Positions 1-9,618 of a stretch of 64,000 bases of DNA are shown one piece after another. Under the pieces are notes generated by a model, which was not told the origin of the DNA, did no database searches, and worked only from the letters and a program-made list of their open reading frames with translations. Position numbers and translations under genes: made by a program. The stretch comes from a bacterium (GTDB taxonomy: Bacteria > Hinthialibacterota > Hinthialibacteria > Hinthialibacterales > Hinthialibacteraceae), in assembly GCA_963663405.2 (NCBI GenBank), contig CAXXSM010000073.1, positions 53,388-117,387 of the forward strand. The letters are read 5' to 3'. Each line of letters begins with the position of its first letter. Position 1 is the stretch's first letter.

Positions 1-580
1 CGCTCCAACATTTTTGTGCGTTGGACGAATAGCCATAGCGAAAGGTATTGATATTGTTGTAAAGGCGTTTGTTGATTTATGGAAGAAAGGTCAATCCGCG
101 CGCTTAGTCTTTTGTGGGCCTGATGAAGGAGGCGTTGGATTGATAACCGACGCGATAAACGCGGCTGGAATTCCCTTTTTTCAAGGCTATATAGAAAATG
201 CCGTGGGAGTATATATCCTTCCACCGATTCCGCATGATTGCTTACCTGGCCTATATGAGAGTGCGGATATAACACTCTGTCCCTCCCCCTATGAATCTTT
301 CGGATTAACGGTCGCGGAATCTCTTTCTTTTGGAACGCCGGTGATTGTGACGGCGGCTTATGGGTGTTTGGAACACCTATCCGCGCCGGAAGAGATGATG
401 GAAATCATTCCCCCTAACGACGCGCGCGCCATGCGGGCCGCGATGGAGCGAATGAGATGGAAGAAGGAATTAAGGCGGGAGAAGATAAGAAACCACGATA
501 TCTTGCCCTCTCAATCCGCTATCGCTGGACAGACGCTTTCCATCTATCAAAATCTGTTGAAACACCGTTCTCATGTGTAG
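1..580 (+). CDS. Glycosyltransferase family 4, C-terminal part (5' end outside the window)
   Basis: VGRI..KG and CPSPYESFGLTVAESLSFGTPVI GT-B motifs; the frame is open to the window edge. Confidence 0.85.
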   Translation, partial: APTFLCVGRIAIAKGIDIVVKAFVDLWKKGQSARLVFCGPDEGGVGLITDAINAAGIPFFQGYIENAVGVYILPPIPHDCLPGLYESADITLCPSPYESFGLTVAESLSFGTPVIVTAAYGCLEHLSAPEEMMEIIPPNDARAMRAAMERMRWKKELRREKIRNHDILPSQSAIAGQTLSIYQNLLKHRSHV

Positions 581-683
581 ATGAAACCTCGATCGGTTCC
601 TATAATAAGGGATCGGCCGGCTGGCTTTTAGTTTTACCGTTCCGTTCGATACAAATCCCGCAGCGAGCACTGGATGTATTTCA

Positions 684-1463
684 TTGGACAAGAGCAACGA
701 GAATTGCCCAATTCAAACCAATCGGACATTGATACTGGTTCCTGCGTATAATGAAGAAAAGCATTTAAAGGGGTTTTTACCTTGTCTGATACAGGAGGCG
801 CGTTTGATCGCCGCGGATGTCATTGGAGTGAATGACGCCTCCACCGATGGCACCCCCGCTCTTTTTCAGAAATTTGGCGTCCGGACATTAAATCATCCCA
901 TCCAGATGGGATATGGCACAACGCTGCAAACCGGGTATAAATATGCGCTGCGGAACGGCTATGATTACGTTATCCAACTGGACGCGGACGGACAGCACGA
1001 TCCCCGCTTTTTAACGCGTTTCTATCGGCATTTGACACGGGGGGACGCGGAGATCGTTATCGGATCCCGGTTTCTGAAAGAATCCCGGCCGTCCTTTTAT
1101 CCGACCGGTCCTCTATATTCAGGAACTTTACTGCGCCGGATCGGCATCGTCCTATTCCGGATTGCGATTGTGATCCTAGGTTGGCGTTATGTGTCCGATC
1201 CGACAAGTGGATATATTGGATTTAACCGCAGGGCGCTTCAATTTTTCTGTGGAAAGGGATTTCCATTCGATTATCCAGACGCCGATCTGATCCTTACGTT
1301 GATCCGGAATCGATTCAAGCTGATGGAAATCCCGGTTTATATGTACGCGAATTCAGAGTATGGGAAACTGCACCGCGGTTGCCGTCCATTGTGGTATATC
1401 TTCAAAGTCTCGCTCTCTTTGTTGGTCACATCGATTCGCGGCCGGGAAAGAGAGCTGCACTAA
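684..1463 (+). CDS. Glycosyltransferase family 2 (DPM1/polyprenol-phosphate glycosyltransferase-like)
   Basis: LVPAYNEE, VNDASTDGT, QLDADGQHDP, IGSRF and DPTSGY motifs. Confidence 0.85.
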   Translation: MDKSNENCPIQTNRTLILVPAYNEEKHLKGFLPCLIQEARLIAADVIGVNDASTDGTPALFQKFGVRTLNHPIQMGYGTTLQTGYKYALRNGYDYVIQLDADGQHDPRFLTRFYRHLTRGDAEIVIGSRFLKESRPSFYPTGPLYSGTLLRRIGIVLFRIAIVILGWRYVSDPTSGYIGFNRRALQFFCGKGFPFDYPDADLILTLIRNRFKLMEIPVYMYANSEYGKLHRGCRPLWYIFKVSLSLLVTSIRGRERELH

Positions 1464-1504
1464 CGGCGTGGTGAATGAACGTTATCAAATGAAGGAGTTC
1501 AAAT

Positions 1505-1876
1505 ATGCTGCCGTTTCGACAACAGATACTAATTTTAATCGTCAGCGGTTCGTTATTAATGGTTATTATTTATTTGATTCAAAAACGCAGGATGTTGGAA
1601 CTCTATTCCGTCGTGTGGTTTTTGATTAGTATTCTCTCAATCTCTTGTCTTTGGCTATATCCTTTTGTCGTTTGGCTGACCGAATTCATCGGGGCGGGAT
1701 TTACGTCGTCCACCATTCTTTTTATCGGCGTTTTCATGGGATTATTGTTAAATATGCAATTGTGTGTAAAGTTGACTGAATTAACCCACCGGCAGAAAGA
1801 TCTCATCCAAGAAATTACACTGCTGCAAAATGAATTGTCCGAGTTGCGTAGGGATCACAACGCGTCTTCTTCATAA
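1505..1876 (+). CDS. DUF2304-like small membrane protein
   Basis: 3 TM segments, YSVVW motif, C-terminal coiled coil (LIQEITLL); directly follows a GT2. Confidence 0.7.
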   Translation: MLPFRQQILILIVSGSLLMVIIYLIQKRRMLELYSVVWFLISILSISCLWLYPFVVWLTEFIGAGFTSSTILFIGVFMGLLLNMQLCVKLTELTHRQKDLIQEITLLQNELSELRRDHNASSS

Positions 1877-1921
1877 AAGCTGGCGCTTTGGCGCTTTGTT
1901 CGATTTATCATTAGGAATCCG

Positions 1922-3799
1922 ATGAATACAATTGAACCTACTCCAAATAGACCCGTTTGGCGCGTTCTTGCCTGGGGCGCGTTGCTTTGTTTGCTGATTT
2001 GCGCCGTTTACATCCCCGCCCTTTGGGGAGGGCTGTATTTGGATGATAAACGCTTTATTTTTGATAATAATAACATACATAGCCTCTCTTCCATCCCTTA
2101 TTTATGCATCCATTTTTTTTATATTCGTGGATGGACACAGATATCCTTCGCTTTCGATTGGTATTTGTACAATGGCAGCGCGCTGGGAATGCACATCACT
2201 AGCATTATCCTGCATCTGTTGGCTACGCTGTTGGTTTGGTTGACGGCTTCCCGTTTGCTGAATGGATTCGGTGATTCCTCCAAAGAGAACAGAACGATCT
2301 TTCCATCAGGTTATCTCGCGGCGGTCTTTTTTGGTTTGCATCCCATCGCTACGCAACCCGTCACGCATTTGATCTCCCGCGCTAACATTCTCGCGGTTTT
2401 GTTCTATCTCGTTGGATTCTGGTTCACTTTAAAACTGATGCAAAAAGGATTCCAGGAGGATGGCGCCCACGAACGAGAGCGGTCACGGTTGCTGTTCATA
2501 TCCTGCGCCGCTGGAGTAATCACTGTTCTCGGTCTTGGCGCCAAGGAAATTATTGTGACGCTGCCCGCGATGGTCTTAATTACCGCCGCTATCTATTGGC
2601 GAGAGGAGACTGTTTCTATTCTTTTCAGGCGTTTAGCGATTCTCACCATTCCCTTTCTCCTCTTCGCAGTATTGTTTTGCGCCACCCGTGTTATTGTCTT
2701 AGGCGGTGTGCTGGGATTTGAAGATGCGGCAATGCGCCCTTGGACCGTGAACTTGATGACGCAGGCTTGCGTCATTGTGTTATATTACATTCCGAAGATA
2801 TTCTTCCCGCTGCGCCTTTATTATGATCCCTATTATCCCGAGATCCATTCATTGAATCTATCTGTTCTTTTTTCCGCTGGACTGATTCTCGCGCTGTTAG
2901 TGTTCGCTGTATTAATGTATAAGAGAGCGCCGGTTGTTTCTCTTGGGATTCTCTGGTTTTTTGTCACGCTCTCCGTCACGTCTTCGTTTATTCCTTTAGC
3001 CGACGTTGTGGCGGAGCGGCGCGTTTATCTTTCTCTCATCGGATTGAGTTTTATTTTTGAATTCATCGTCTTGTGGTTCTTCCAGTTCCGTAAATTCCAC
3101 GTTTTCACCTATCTCTTCTGCGTCTGTCTGGTGATTTCTTTTTCTTATCGGACGTATCTTCGGAACACTGATTTTAAGGATATTTATCAGATCTACGAAA
3201 CCGATTTAAAACAGCAATTGACGTATGGAAAAGCTCGCCCCCGAACCATTCATGGGATCGTCAAAGAATCACTATTGACCGACCAGCTCGAAAAAGGGAA
3301 CGCGATTCTTACAAAATACAACATCGATTTATTCTATATGATGAACCAAGACTTAAAACTGGATGACAAGCACGATTTCCTGTTGTTCGCCTATACGTTC
3401 GACTGGAATGACAAAAGACTGATCTCTATCGCGGAGGATTTAGTGAATGAGAATCCAAAAAAAGCCGGATATTTAATCACGTTGCAAAACCTTTATCTCA
3501 TTCATGGAAGGTATAATGACGCGGAAACGATTGTTGACCGTACGCTGAAGCTATACCCTCTCGATCTCGATTCTTTGCTGAACAAAGCCAATCTTTATAA
3601 AGTAAAAGGAGATACAAAAAACGTTCTCAAATATATCCAAATCGCCCGAAAATATTATCCCAACCATGTCAAACCTATCACCCATTTGATTTACTATAAT
3701 CAAGCCTTTGGCTTGGAAACAAAAGAGTTGGAAGAGGAACTCGAACGGTTAAAAAAACTCCCACAAAATCAATTTGAAACCTTACGGGTGTTGGAATAA
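1922..3799 (+). CDS. TMTC-like GT-C membrane glycosyltransferase with C-terminal TPRs
   Basis: N-terminal DD (LYLDD), FGLHPIATQPVTHLISRANIL and VVAERRVYL motifs, many TM helices, TPR-like tail. Confidence 0.7.
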   Translation: MNTIEPTPNRPVWRVLAWGALLCLLICAVYIPALWGGLYLDDKRFIFDNNNIHSLSSIPYLCIHFFYIRGWTQISFAFDWYLYNGSALGMHITSIILHLLATLLVWLTASRLLNGFGDSSKENRTIFPSGYLAAVFFGLHPIATQPVTHLISRANILAVLFYLVGFWFTLKLMQKGFQEDGAHERERSRLLFISCAAGVITVLGLGAKEIIVTLPAMVLITAAIYWREETVSILFRRLAILTIPFLLFAVLFCATRVIVLGGVLGFEDAAMRPWTVNLMTQACVIVLYYIPKIFFPLRLYYDPYYPEIHSLNLSVLFSAGLILALLVFAVLMYKRAPVVSLGILWFFVTLSVTSSFIPLADVVAERRVYLSLIGLSFIFEFIVLWFFQFRKFHVFTYLFCVCLVISFSYRTYLRNTDFKDIYQIYETDLKQQLTYGKARPRTIHGIVKESLLTDQLEKGNAILTKYNIDLFYMMNQDLKLDDKHDFLLFAYTFDWNDKRLISIAEDLVNENPKKAGYLITLQNLYLIHGRYNDAETIVDRTLKLYPLDLDSLLNKANLYKVKGDTKNVLKYIQIARKYYPNHVKPITHLIYYNQAFGLETKELEEELERLKKLPQNQFETLRVLE

Positions 3800-3915
3800 T
3801 AGGCAAAAGAACCTTTGAAAAACCTGATAGTCATATCGTGAATCATTCCCGGTGGATCGATAAAGCGTGAGGCGCCCTACCGCGACTCATATTCTTTTGC
3901 ACGTTGTGATCTCAA

Positions 3916-4200
3916 TTATGCTGGTTTTATGTTTTTTGTTTCTTGATCGATTCGTTCTTTTAAGAAGATTTTGATCAATGATTGATAGGGAACATCTCTT
4001 TTATTGGCGATTGTTTTGATTTGATCCAAAACAAATTCGGGAAGCCGTAAAGAGATTGTCTTGGTGGAAGGTTTTAATTTGGGAAACGTTACTCGTTCCG
4101 CTTTCTTCCAATCGATATATTCGGTCGAATCGTTCTCCGCCCAAAACGCTCTTTCTTCATCTTGGTCTTTAAATGGTGGAATCGTTTTTCGTTTGTTCAT
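3916..4200 (-). CDS. BrnA/CopG-type antitoxin
   Basis: IPPFKDQDEERAFW...KTISLRLP...DVPYQSLIK ribbon-helix-helix antitoxin pattern. Confidence 0.8.
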   Translation of the reverse strand: MNKRKTIPPFKDQDEERAFWAENDSTEYIDWKKAERVTFPKLKPSTKTISLRLPEFVLDQIKTIANKRDVPYQSLIKIFLKERIDQETKNIKPA

Positions 4201-4258
4201 AATACATTCTTCGCTCCCTATTATTCATATCTCTTGTGGAGATCATTCTGTATCTCAT
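4169..4258 (-). pseudogene. Remnant 3' end of a BrnT-type toxin gene
   Basis: Manual translation MRYRMISTRDMNNRERRMYYEQ resembles the BrnT C-terminal IRIISARxMxxxER motif and overlaps the antitoxin start. Confidence 0.6.
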
Positions 4259-4398
4259 TTTTTCATATATTCTTATAGGAATGATAGGTCTAAGCGAAAT
4301 GGTTTTTTGTTCATGTTAATTATACTTCTATACTGTACCCCAAAATTCGGACAGCCATCTAAGGTAGGTTACCTCGAAGCCGACAATAGGTAGAAGAG

Positions 4399-4698
4399 GT
4401 GAACCAAATGATGAAAATGCGAAAAAATTTTGATGGAGCGTTCAAAGGCAAAGTGGCACTGGAGGCAATCAAAGGAGAGAAGACCTTAACCCAGATAGCG
4501 AGCGATTACAAAATTCATGTGAGCCAGATTCGACAGTGGAAAAAGCGCCTGTTGGAAGAAATCCCAGGCTTGTTTTCACGCAAGCAAGAAAAGAGTCAAG
4601 CGGAAGCCGAAGAACTGACGTCGGAACTTTACCGCCAGATTGGGCAAATGAAAGTCGAACTTGATTGGGTAAAAAAAAAGTCTAACGTGCTCAGTTAA
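4399..4698 (+). CDS. IS3 transposase OrfA (HTH)
   Basis: FKGKVALEAIKGEKT...LYRQIGQMKVELDWVKKK; ends near an A9G run. Confidence 0.9.
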   Translation: MNQMMKMRKNFDGAFKGKVALEAIKGEKTLTQIASDYKIHVSQIRQWKKRLLEEIPGLFSRKQEKSQAEAEELTSELYRQIGQMKVELDWVKKKSNVLS

Positions 4699-5519
4699 GA
4701 AAAGACGAAGTTGGATCGAACTAACTAATTCTGAGATTTCAATAAAGAGGCAATGTGAATTGCTGGGGTTGTCTCGTTCAGGATTTTATTATCAACCCGT
4801 GGGCGAATCAGCCGAAAATGTAGCGCTGATGAACCTGCTTGATGAACAATATACCCGGACACCGTTTTACGGAATTCGGAAAATGCAGAAATGGTTGAGA
4901 ACTCTAGGACGGGTTGTGAATAAGAAACGAATCGGTCGTTTAATGCGAGTGATGGGCTTGGAGACGATCTACCCGAAGCCTCGTTTGAGCCTCGGAAATG
5001 TTCAGCATAAGAAATATCCATACCTGTTGAAGGGAGTGAAAATCGAAAGACCCAATCACGTGTGGAGCACCGATATCACCTATATACGTATGCGCCAAGG
5101 ATTTGTTTACCTGGTGGCGATCTTAGGACTGGTTTAGTCGTTATGTGGTGTCATGGAAAGTCTCCACTTCGATGGAGGTTGACTTTTGCCTCGAAGCGTT
5201 GGAGATGGCTTTTGAAATTGATAAGCCAACGATCTTCAACAGTGACCAAGGCTCTCAATTCACAAGCACGGATTTTACGAGTCGCTTGAAGAAAGAGAGG
5301 ACTCTCATCAGCATGGATGGAAGAGGCCGAGTGTTCGATAATATTTTCGTCGAACGGTTATGGCGGTCAGTGAAATATGAGGAGGTCTATATCAAAAGTT
5401 ACGAAACGGTGAATGATTGTGTGCGCGGACTAACGGATTATTTTCAGTTCTACAATAATGAGCGTCTACACCAAGCCTTGGGATATAAGACGCCGCTTCA
5501 GGTTTATAGAGAACACTAG
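4680..5519 (+). CDS. IS3 transposase OrfB (DDE integrase core), split by one extra base near 5127
   Basis: SIKRQCELLGLSRS, WSTDITY, NSDQGSQF and DNIFVERLWRSVKYE motifs; removing one G at ~5127 restores ILDWFSRYVV. Confidence 0.85.
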
Positions 5520-5932
5520 AAAACTTGACGGTCCAAGAACTTTGCGTTTGAGTTTTTTAAGGCATTGGCAAATGCTCTGGATTATCTTGAAATGATCGAA
5601 AAAAGGGGATGATCTGATACGTCTCCCTGACGGCAATCCGTCGCACACGCACCAGGATATCCCTTGACCGGTTGCTCTACAGCAGAACCGATCTCCGTTT
5701 CTCCTGGTAGTGTATAATATCGGAAAGTTTTATGAGAATCTGGAATCATCATGATTTCCGGATCCCAAATAAGGAGACTTGAGTTGAACGAAATCGAGGT
5801 TGAAAACCTACTTTAAATTTCCTTGATTCCTGTCTTGACAATGGGGTACACCTCATTCCACTCATCCTTCTATGAATTTTGATTTTATATATTGTGTAGC
5901 TCTTTCTATATTATCGATTTAAGTTCATTGAT

Positions 5933-8018
5933 CACCGATTTTCGCGAGGTGCGGAACCGTCATAATTAGACCAAGATTTGGGCGGGTATGAGGCGGGATC
6001 AAGGCGTATATCGTATCCGCATGCGCCTTCCTTCCAGCCAGGGAATTTCAAACGGTTTCTGCAGTTTCTTGATTCCAAGCAAGAGAGGCGTATGAGCCCG
6101 CTTGCGGATGCGCACCTCAAAATTTTGCCCGTCGAAACGGACTTTTCCTGGCATATCGATAAAATTTCGAAAAATATCCGGCGCCAAATGGTTCTCAAAC
6201 CGGGGCAAATCCTGCGCCAATCGCCGATAGAAAAAACTGGCCACCACACTCAACAAGAGATCGAAATAGATCCGGATCATGATCGGTGAAGAGAGCGCAT
6301 TGATGTGAAAAAAATCTACTAACTCGGCCAGTTTATTCTCGATCCGCCACCGGCGCGCATAGATGGCGAGTACCTCAACCAGATCCAAATCCCGGTTGTT
6401 GGTGATGACATAGGTGGGTTGATCCCGCCCATGATCTTTCATAATGATCTGCCGGAATGGCTTCGGGCAGGGTTTCAACGTGACCTCGCTTTCGTGAGCC
6501 AGGAAAGTCTGGTGTTTCCGCTTGGGGATGGGGAGTTTGACTTTCATCCAACTTGAATCCGGCAAGGCTTCCGTCTGCTGGATCAGGCTTTGACAGCGGG
6601 ATCGCAACGTAATGAATTTGATATTGGCCTGGTCCAATTGGCCTAAAATGTTGTACGTGGTTAAGCGGGAATCGAACACCAGGGTCTCGCGGACCACGCC
6701 TCGAATATCTTTCAAATACTCCACAAAATTCAGAATTTCTTCCGAGCCGTTTTTCCGTAGTACATCCGCGTTTGCATACAAAAGGGCATTGGTTTCCGCG
6801 TCTTGGACGAAAAACGTGTTCGCGCCTTTCAGCGCCTTGTTGCGCGCCCCACACCAGACCTTCTCCATCTCGGATTTCTCGCCGAAATGAGGAATGGAAT
6901 GAAAGTCCAGATTGATCGTTTCCCCCGAAAAAAACGATGGGTCCCACGCCGTCATGCGGGTTACCATTTCTTGCTGGAGTTGACGGCACAGGCCGGCGGA
7001 AACGAGGCAGGAGTACGTTCCCATGTACGTCGGTTTGGGCAACCGGTTGAGACCGGCGAACACGCCGAATCCCGCGTCATGATCGTACTGCCGCACGTGA
7101 CAGAAGCGTTCGCCTCCCATCAGTTTCAGGGCGAGAAAACTTAAAAACGCTTGTTTTTTACCAATGACTTTGGATTCGGGGATGGGAAGCGAATCGAGCG
7201 TCTCCATGAGGCCCGATTCAATAATGTAAGGGAGGAACACGAAAAGTCCCGCAATTTGACAATCTTCATGAAAGGGTTCGAGATCCTCAAAATCCAGATT
7301 CTGAGCGGGTTGCGCCAGAAGTGTATTTTTTTTCGTCCGGCCTCGCTGAGCGGCTGTCCGGCGGGGCAGTTTGCCGAAGCCGGCGTCTTTCAAGATTCGT
7401 TCCACCGTGCTGGGGCTGATATCAATATTCTCCTCACGGAGCCGTTCGGTAATATCCGCCGCGGCCAACTGATTTTTTCTCCATTCCACAATCCGCTCGC
7501 GAATGTAGGGTGTCACGCGGCGGTCTTTTGGTCCGGGTGAGCGTTGGGGGAAAAATTCTAGCGTTCCGGCGCGGAAATCGTGAGCCAAGGCATAGAGCGA
7601 ATTTTCGGTGAACCCGAAGCGTTGGGCCACGTCGGCGGCCGGCGTTTCGTCAAGGATGTAGGCGCGCAGGGCTTCGTACTGCCGGTGTTTGGGGGATTTC
7701 GGAGCCAGGAAGAAGGATTTCAAGTCGTCGCGCATGATATTATGCCTAGTATAATTATGAAGGTTATAATACCGCGAAATAGGAAGTAAATGCAAGGGGG
7801 TTAAGAAAAAAAACGTAGAAAAGTACGAAAATTCGAAGATTTTTGACCTGAGATGAAGAGAAATCGGGGAAAATGGAAGAAAGTACGTTCAGATCGTGGA
7901 AAATATATCCGTCATATAAGTACAAAGATTAATACGCATTACGCCTTAAAAAAGCAGTAAAATCCGCGAAAAAACTATAGTTCAATTATGACGGTTGAGG
8001 TTCTCGCGAAAATCGGTG
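5933..8018 (-). mobile_element. Insertion sequence of unassigned DDE family, 2086 bp
   Basis: IRs CACCGATTTTCGCGAG-N6-AACCGTCATAATT at both ends; flanked by direct repeat TTGAT (5928-5932 and 8019-8023). Confidence 0.9.
5999..7735 (-). CDS. DDE transposase (~578 aa, N-terminal HTHs)
   Basis: HTH segments, then NLDFH, VFDSR and YARRWRIEN (YREK-like) motifs; lies inside the IRs; start at ATG 7735 is inferred. Confidence 0.85.
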   Translation of the reverse strand: MRDDLKSFFLAPKSPKHRQYEALRAYILDETPAADVAQRFGFTENSLYALAHDFRAGTLEFFPQRSPGPKDRRVTPYIRERIVEWRKNQLAAADITERLREENIDISPSTVERILKDAGFGKLPRRTAAQRGRTKKNTLLAQPAQNLDFEDLEPFHEDCQIAGLFVFLPYIIESGLMETLDSLPIPESKVIGKKQAFLSFLALKLMGGERFCHVRQYDHDAGFGVFAGLNRLPKPTYMGTYSCLVSAGLCRQLQQEMVTRMTAWDPSFFSGETINLDFHSIPHFGEKSEMEKVWCGARNKALKGANTFFVQDAETNALLYANADVLRKNGSEEILNFVEYLKDIRGVVRETLVFDSRLTTYNILGQLDQANIKFITLRSRCQSLIQQTEALPDSSWMKVKLPIPKRKHQTFLAHESEVTLKPCPKPFRQIIMKDHGRDQPTYVITNNRDLDLVEVLAIYARRWRIENKLAELVDFFHINALSSPIMIRIYFDLLLSVVASFFYRRLAQDLPRFENHLAPDIFRNFIDMPGKVRFDGQNFEVRIRKRAHTPLLLGIKKLQKPFEIPWLEGRRMRIRYTP

Positions 8019-8267
8019 TTGATCTAGAAATGTTCTCCTTTTATTTCTCCGGTTCATAATAAAAAAAATATTTTTTTGTTGACGTAATGAAATTATGTGC
8101 TAATAATATAAAATATATCAGATGATTAAATATTTACCTTTCTAGGTAAAGTTTTTAGAAAAAAGTTTACCGGGAAAAGTAAAGTTCAATCCGGAATGAG
8201 TTTTGAGGATCGAACCTTCCAATAATATCAGACATGCATCTTGATTCGTTGTGTAAAGGAGTCTGCT

Positions 8268-9551
8268 ATGAGAACCGTGAACACATCTTTGAAATCCACT
8301 ACGAAATGTTCTCCGTATCGTTGGGCTTGCCGCCGGGAAACGAATTTGGAACAAGGATCGATTTTAGTCTTAACGGCAATGAGCATTGTATTCATTATGA
8401 TATCCGCCGCGCTATGTCTTGACATTGGATACATTATTTTAGCCGAAGGGCAACTGCAAAACGCCGCGGAAGCCGCCTCACTCGCCGGCGCCGCCGAATT
8501 GATTGATGAAGGTATCTTATATGGTGATGTGTCCTTTGAGGATGATATCACGTTCGCGCGCAATAACGCCGAATCTATCGCTTTCCAGAACAAAGCGGCC
8601 AATAGATCATTGGCCTTACACCGCAATGATGAGAATCTTCCGGATGGAGGGATCGTTGTCGGCTATATTGAAGATCCAAGCGATCCAACGAGTCCATTAC
8701 TCACAGACAATCCGGCCTATTACAATTCCGTCCAAGTTGAAACAAGTCTAACCCATGATGTGAATGGACCGTTGGGATTGTTTTTCAGCGCGTTCGCGGG
8801 AACTGGAACCGTCCAGATCTCCAAACGGGCGACAGCCACGATTGATGACCGGATTATCGGATTCGCCTTATCCGATGGGCCGTATGGTGAAGAGAGTCTC
8901 ATGATGCTTCCTTTCACGATTCTCTACGACACTTGGGTTGAAGGTATGGATGGAGATGATCATCCCCTCGATTGCCCGTGTCCTCATGAACCGGATGTGG
9001 ATGATTACACCTACGATCCAGTAACAGGCGCTGTCTCCCCAGGCAGTGACGGCATTCCGGAAATGAAATTATACCCCAACAAAGACGGCGTCTGCGGCCA
9101 GGAAGATTTACCCGGTAATTTCGGGACCATAGATATCGGCCCCTCAAACAATAGTACGGATGATATACGGCGGCAGATAATTTACGGGATATCGCAGGCG
9201 GATTTGGACGCGATCGGTGGCTTGCTCATGACGGATGAAGGTGGAGGGAATTTCTCGCAATGGTTGGAGGGTGACACAGGCGTCAGCACCACAGTGCGAT
9301 TTGAATTGGATGATATCATTGGACAACCACGTTTGATTGCGTTGTACCGTACTGCAATCAATAATGGAGACAACGCGGAATATAAGATTGTAAAATTTGC
9401 CGGCGTGCGGGTTATGGATGTAAACATGACAGGCGCGTTACAAAACCGGAACGTTGTCGTTCAACCTTGTACGATTACATGTAACAGTGGAATTATCCAT
9501 CCAGACGCGCCTCATTCTGGACTCGTTTACGCAATGGCCCTAACGCGATAA
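8268..9551 (+). CDS. TadG-like (Tad/Flp pilus-associated) protein
   Basis: GSILVLTA-hydrophobic-LDIGY...QLQNAAEAASLAGA N-terminal Tad motif; GNFG motif; start uncertain. Confidence 0.75.
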   Translation: MRTVNTSLKSTTKCSPYRWACRRETNLEQGSILVLTAMSIVFIMISAALCLDIGYIILAEGQLQNAAEAASLAGAAELIDEGILYGDVSFEDDITFARNNAESIAFQNKAANRSLALHRNDENLPDGGIVVGYIEDPSDPTSPLLTDNPAYYNSVQVETSLTHDVNGPLGLFFSAFAGTGTVQISKRATATIDDRIIGFALSDGPYGEESLMMLPFTILYDTWVEGMDGDDHPLDCPCPHEPDVDDYTYDPVTGAVSPGSDGIPEMKLYPNKDGVCGQEDLPGNFGTIDIGPSNNSTDDIRRQIIYGISQADLDAIGGLLMTDEGGGNFSQWLEGDTGVSTTVRFELDDIIGQPRLIALYRTAINNGDNAEYKIVKFAGVRVMDVNMTGALQNRNVVVQPCTITCNSGIIHPDAPHSGLVYAMALTR

Positions 9552-9570
9552 TAAATACAGGCGTTCTTAC

Positions 9571-9600
9571 AATGGAACGCGGGCGTCTCCACCCGTGAAA
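9571..9600 (+). repeat. 30-bp REP-like repeat, copy 1
   Basis: aatggaacgcgggcgtctccacccgtgaaa; 24/30 identical to the copy at 11046-11075. Confidence 0.6.
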
Positions 9601-9618
9601 AACACTATCGTGAATACT

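Larger units (their letters stand above)
4334..5850 (+). mobile_element. IS3-family insertion sequence
   Basis: TG...CA ends; imperfect IRs TGTACCCCaaaattcgGACAG versus TGTACCCCattgtcaaGACAG; orfA/orfB transposase; no target duplication visible. Confidence 0.9.

Noticed and set aside
6375-7789. Overlapping and antisense ORFs within the transposase (and similar shadow ORFs throughout the window)
   Set aside because: They lie on or opposite well-supported genes and show no motifs or RBS.
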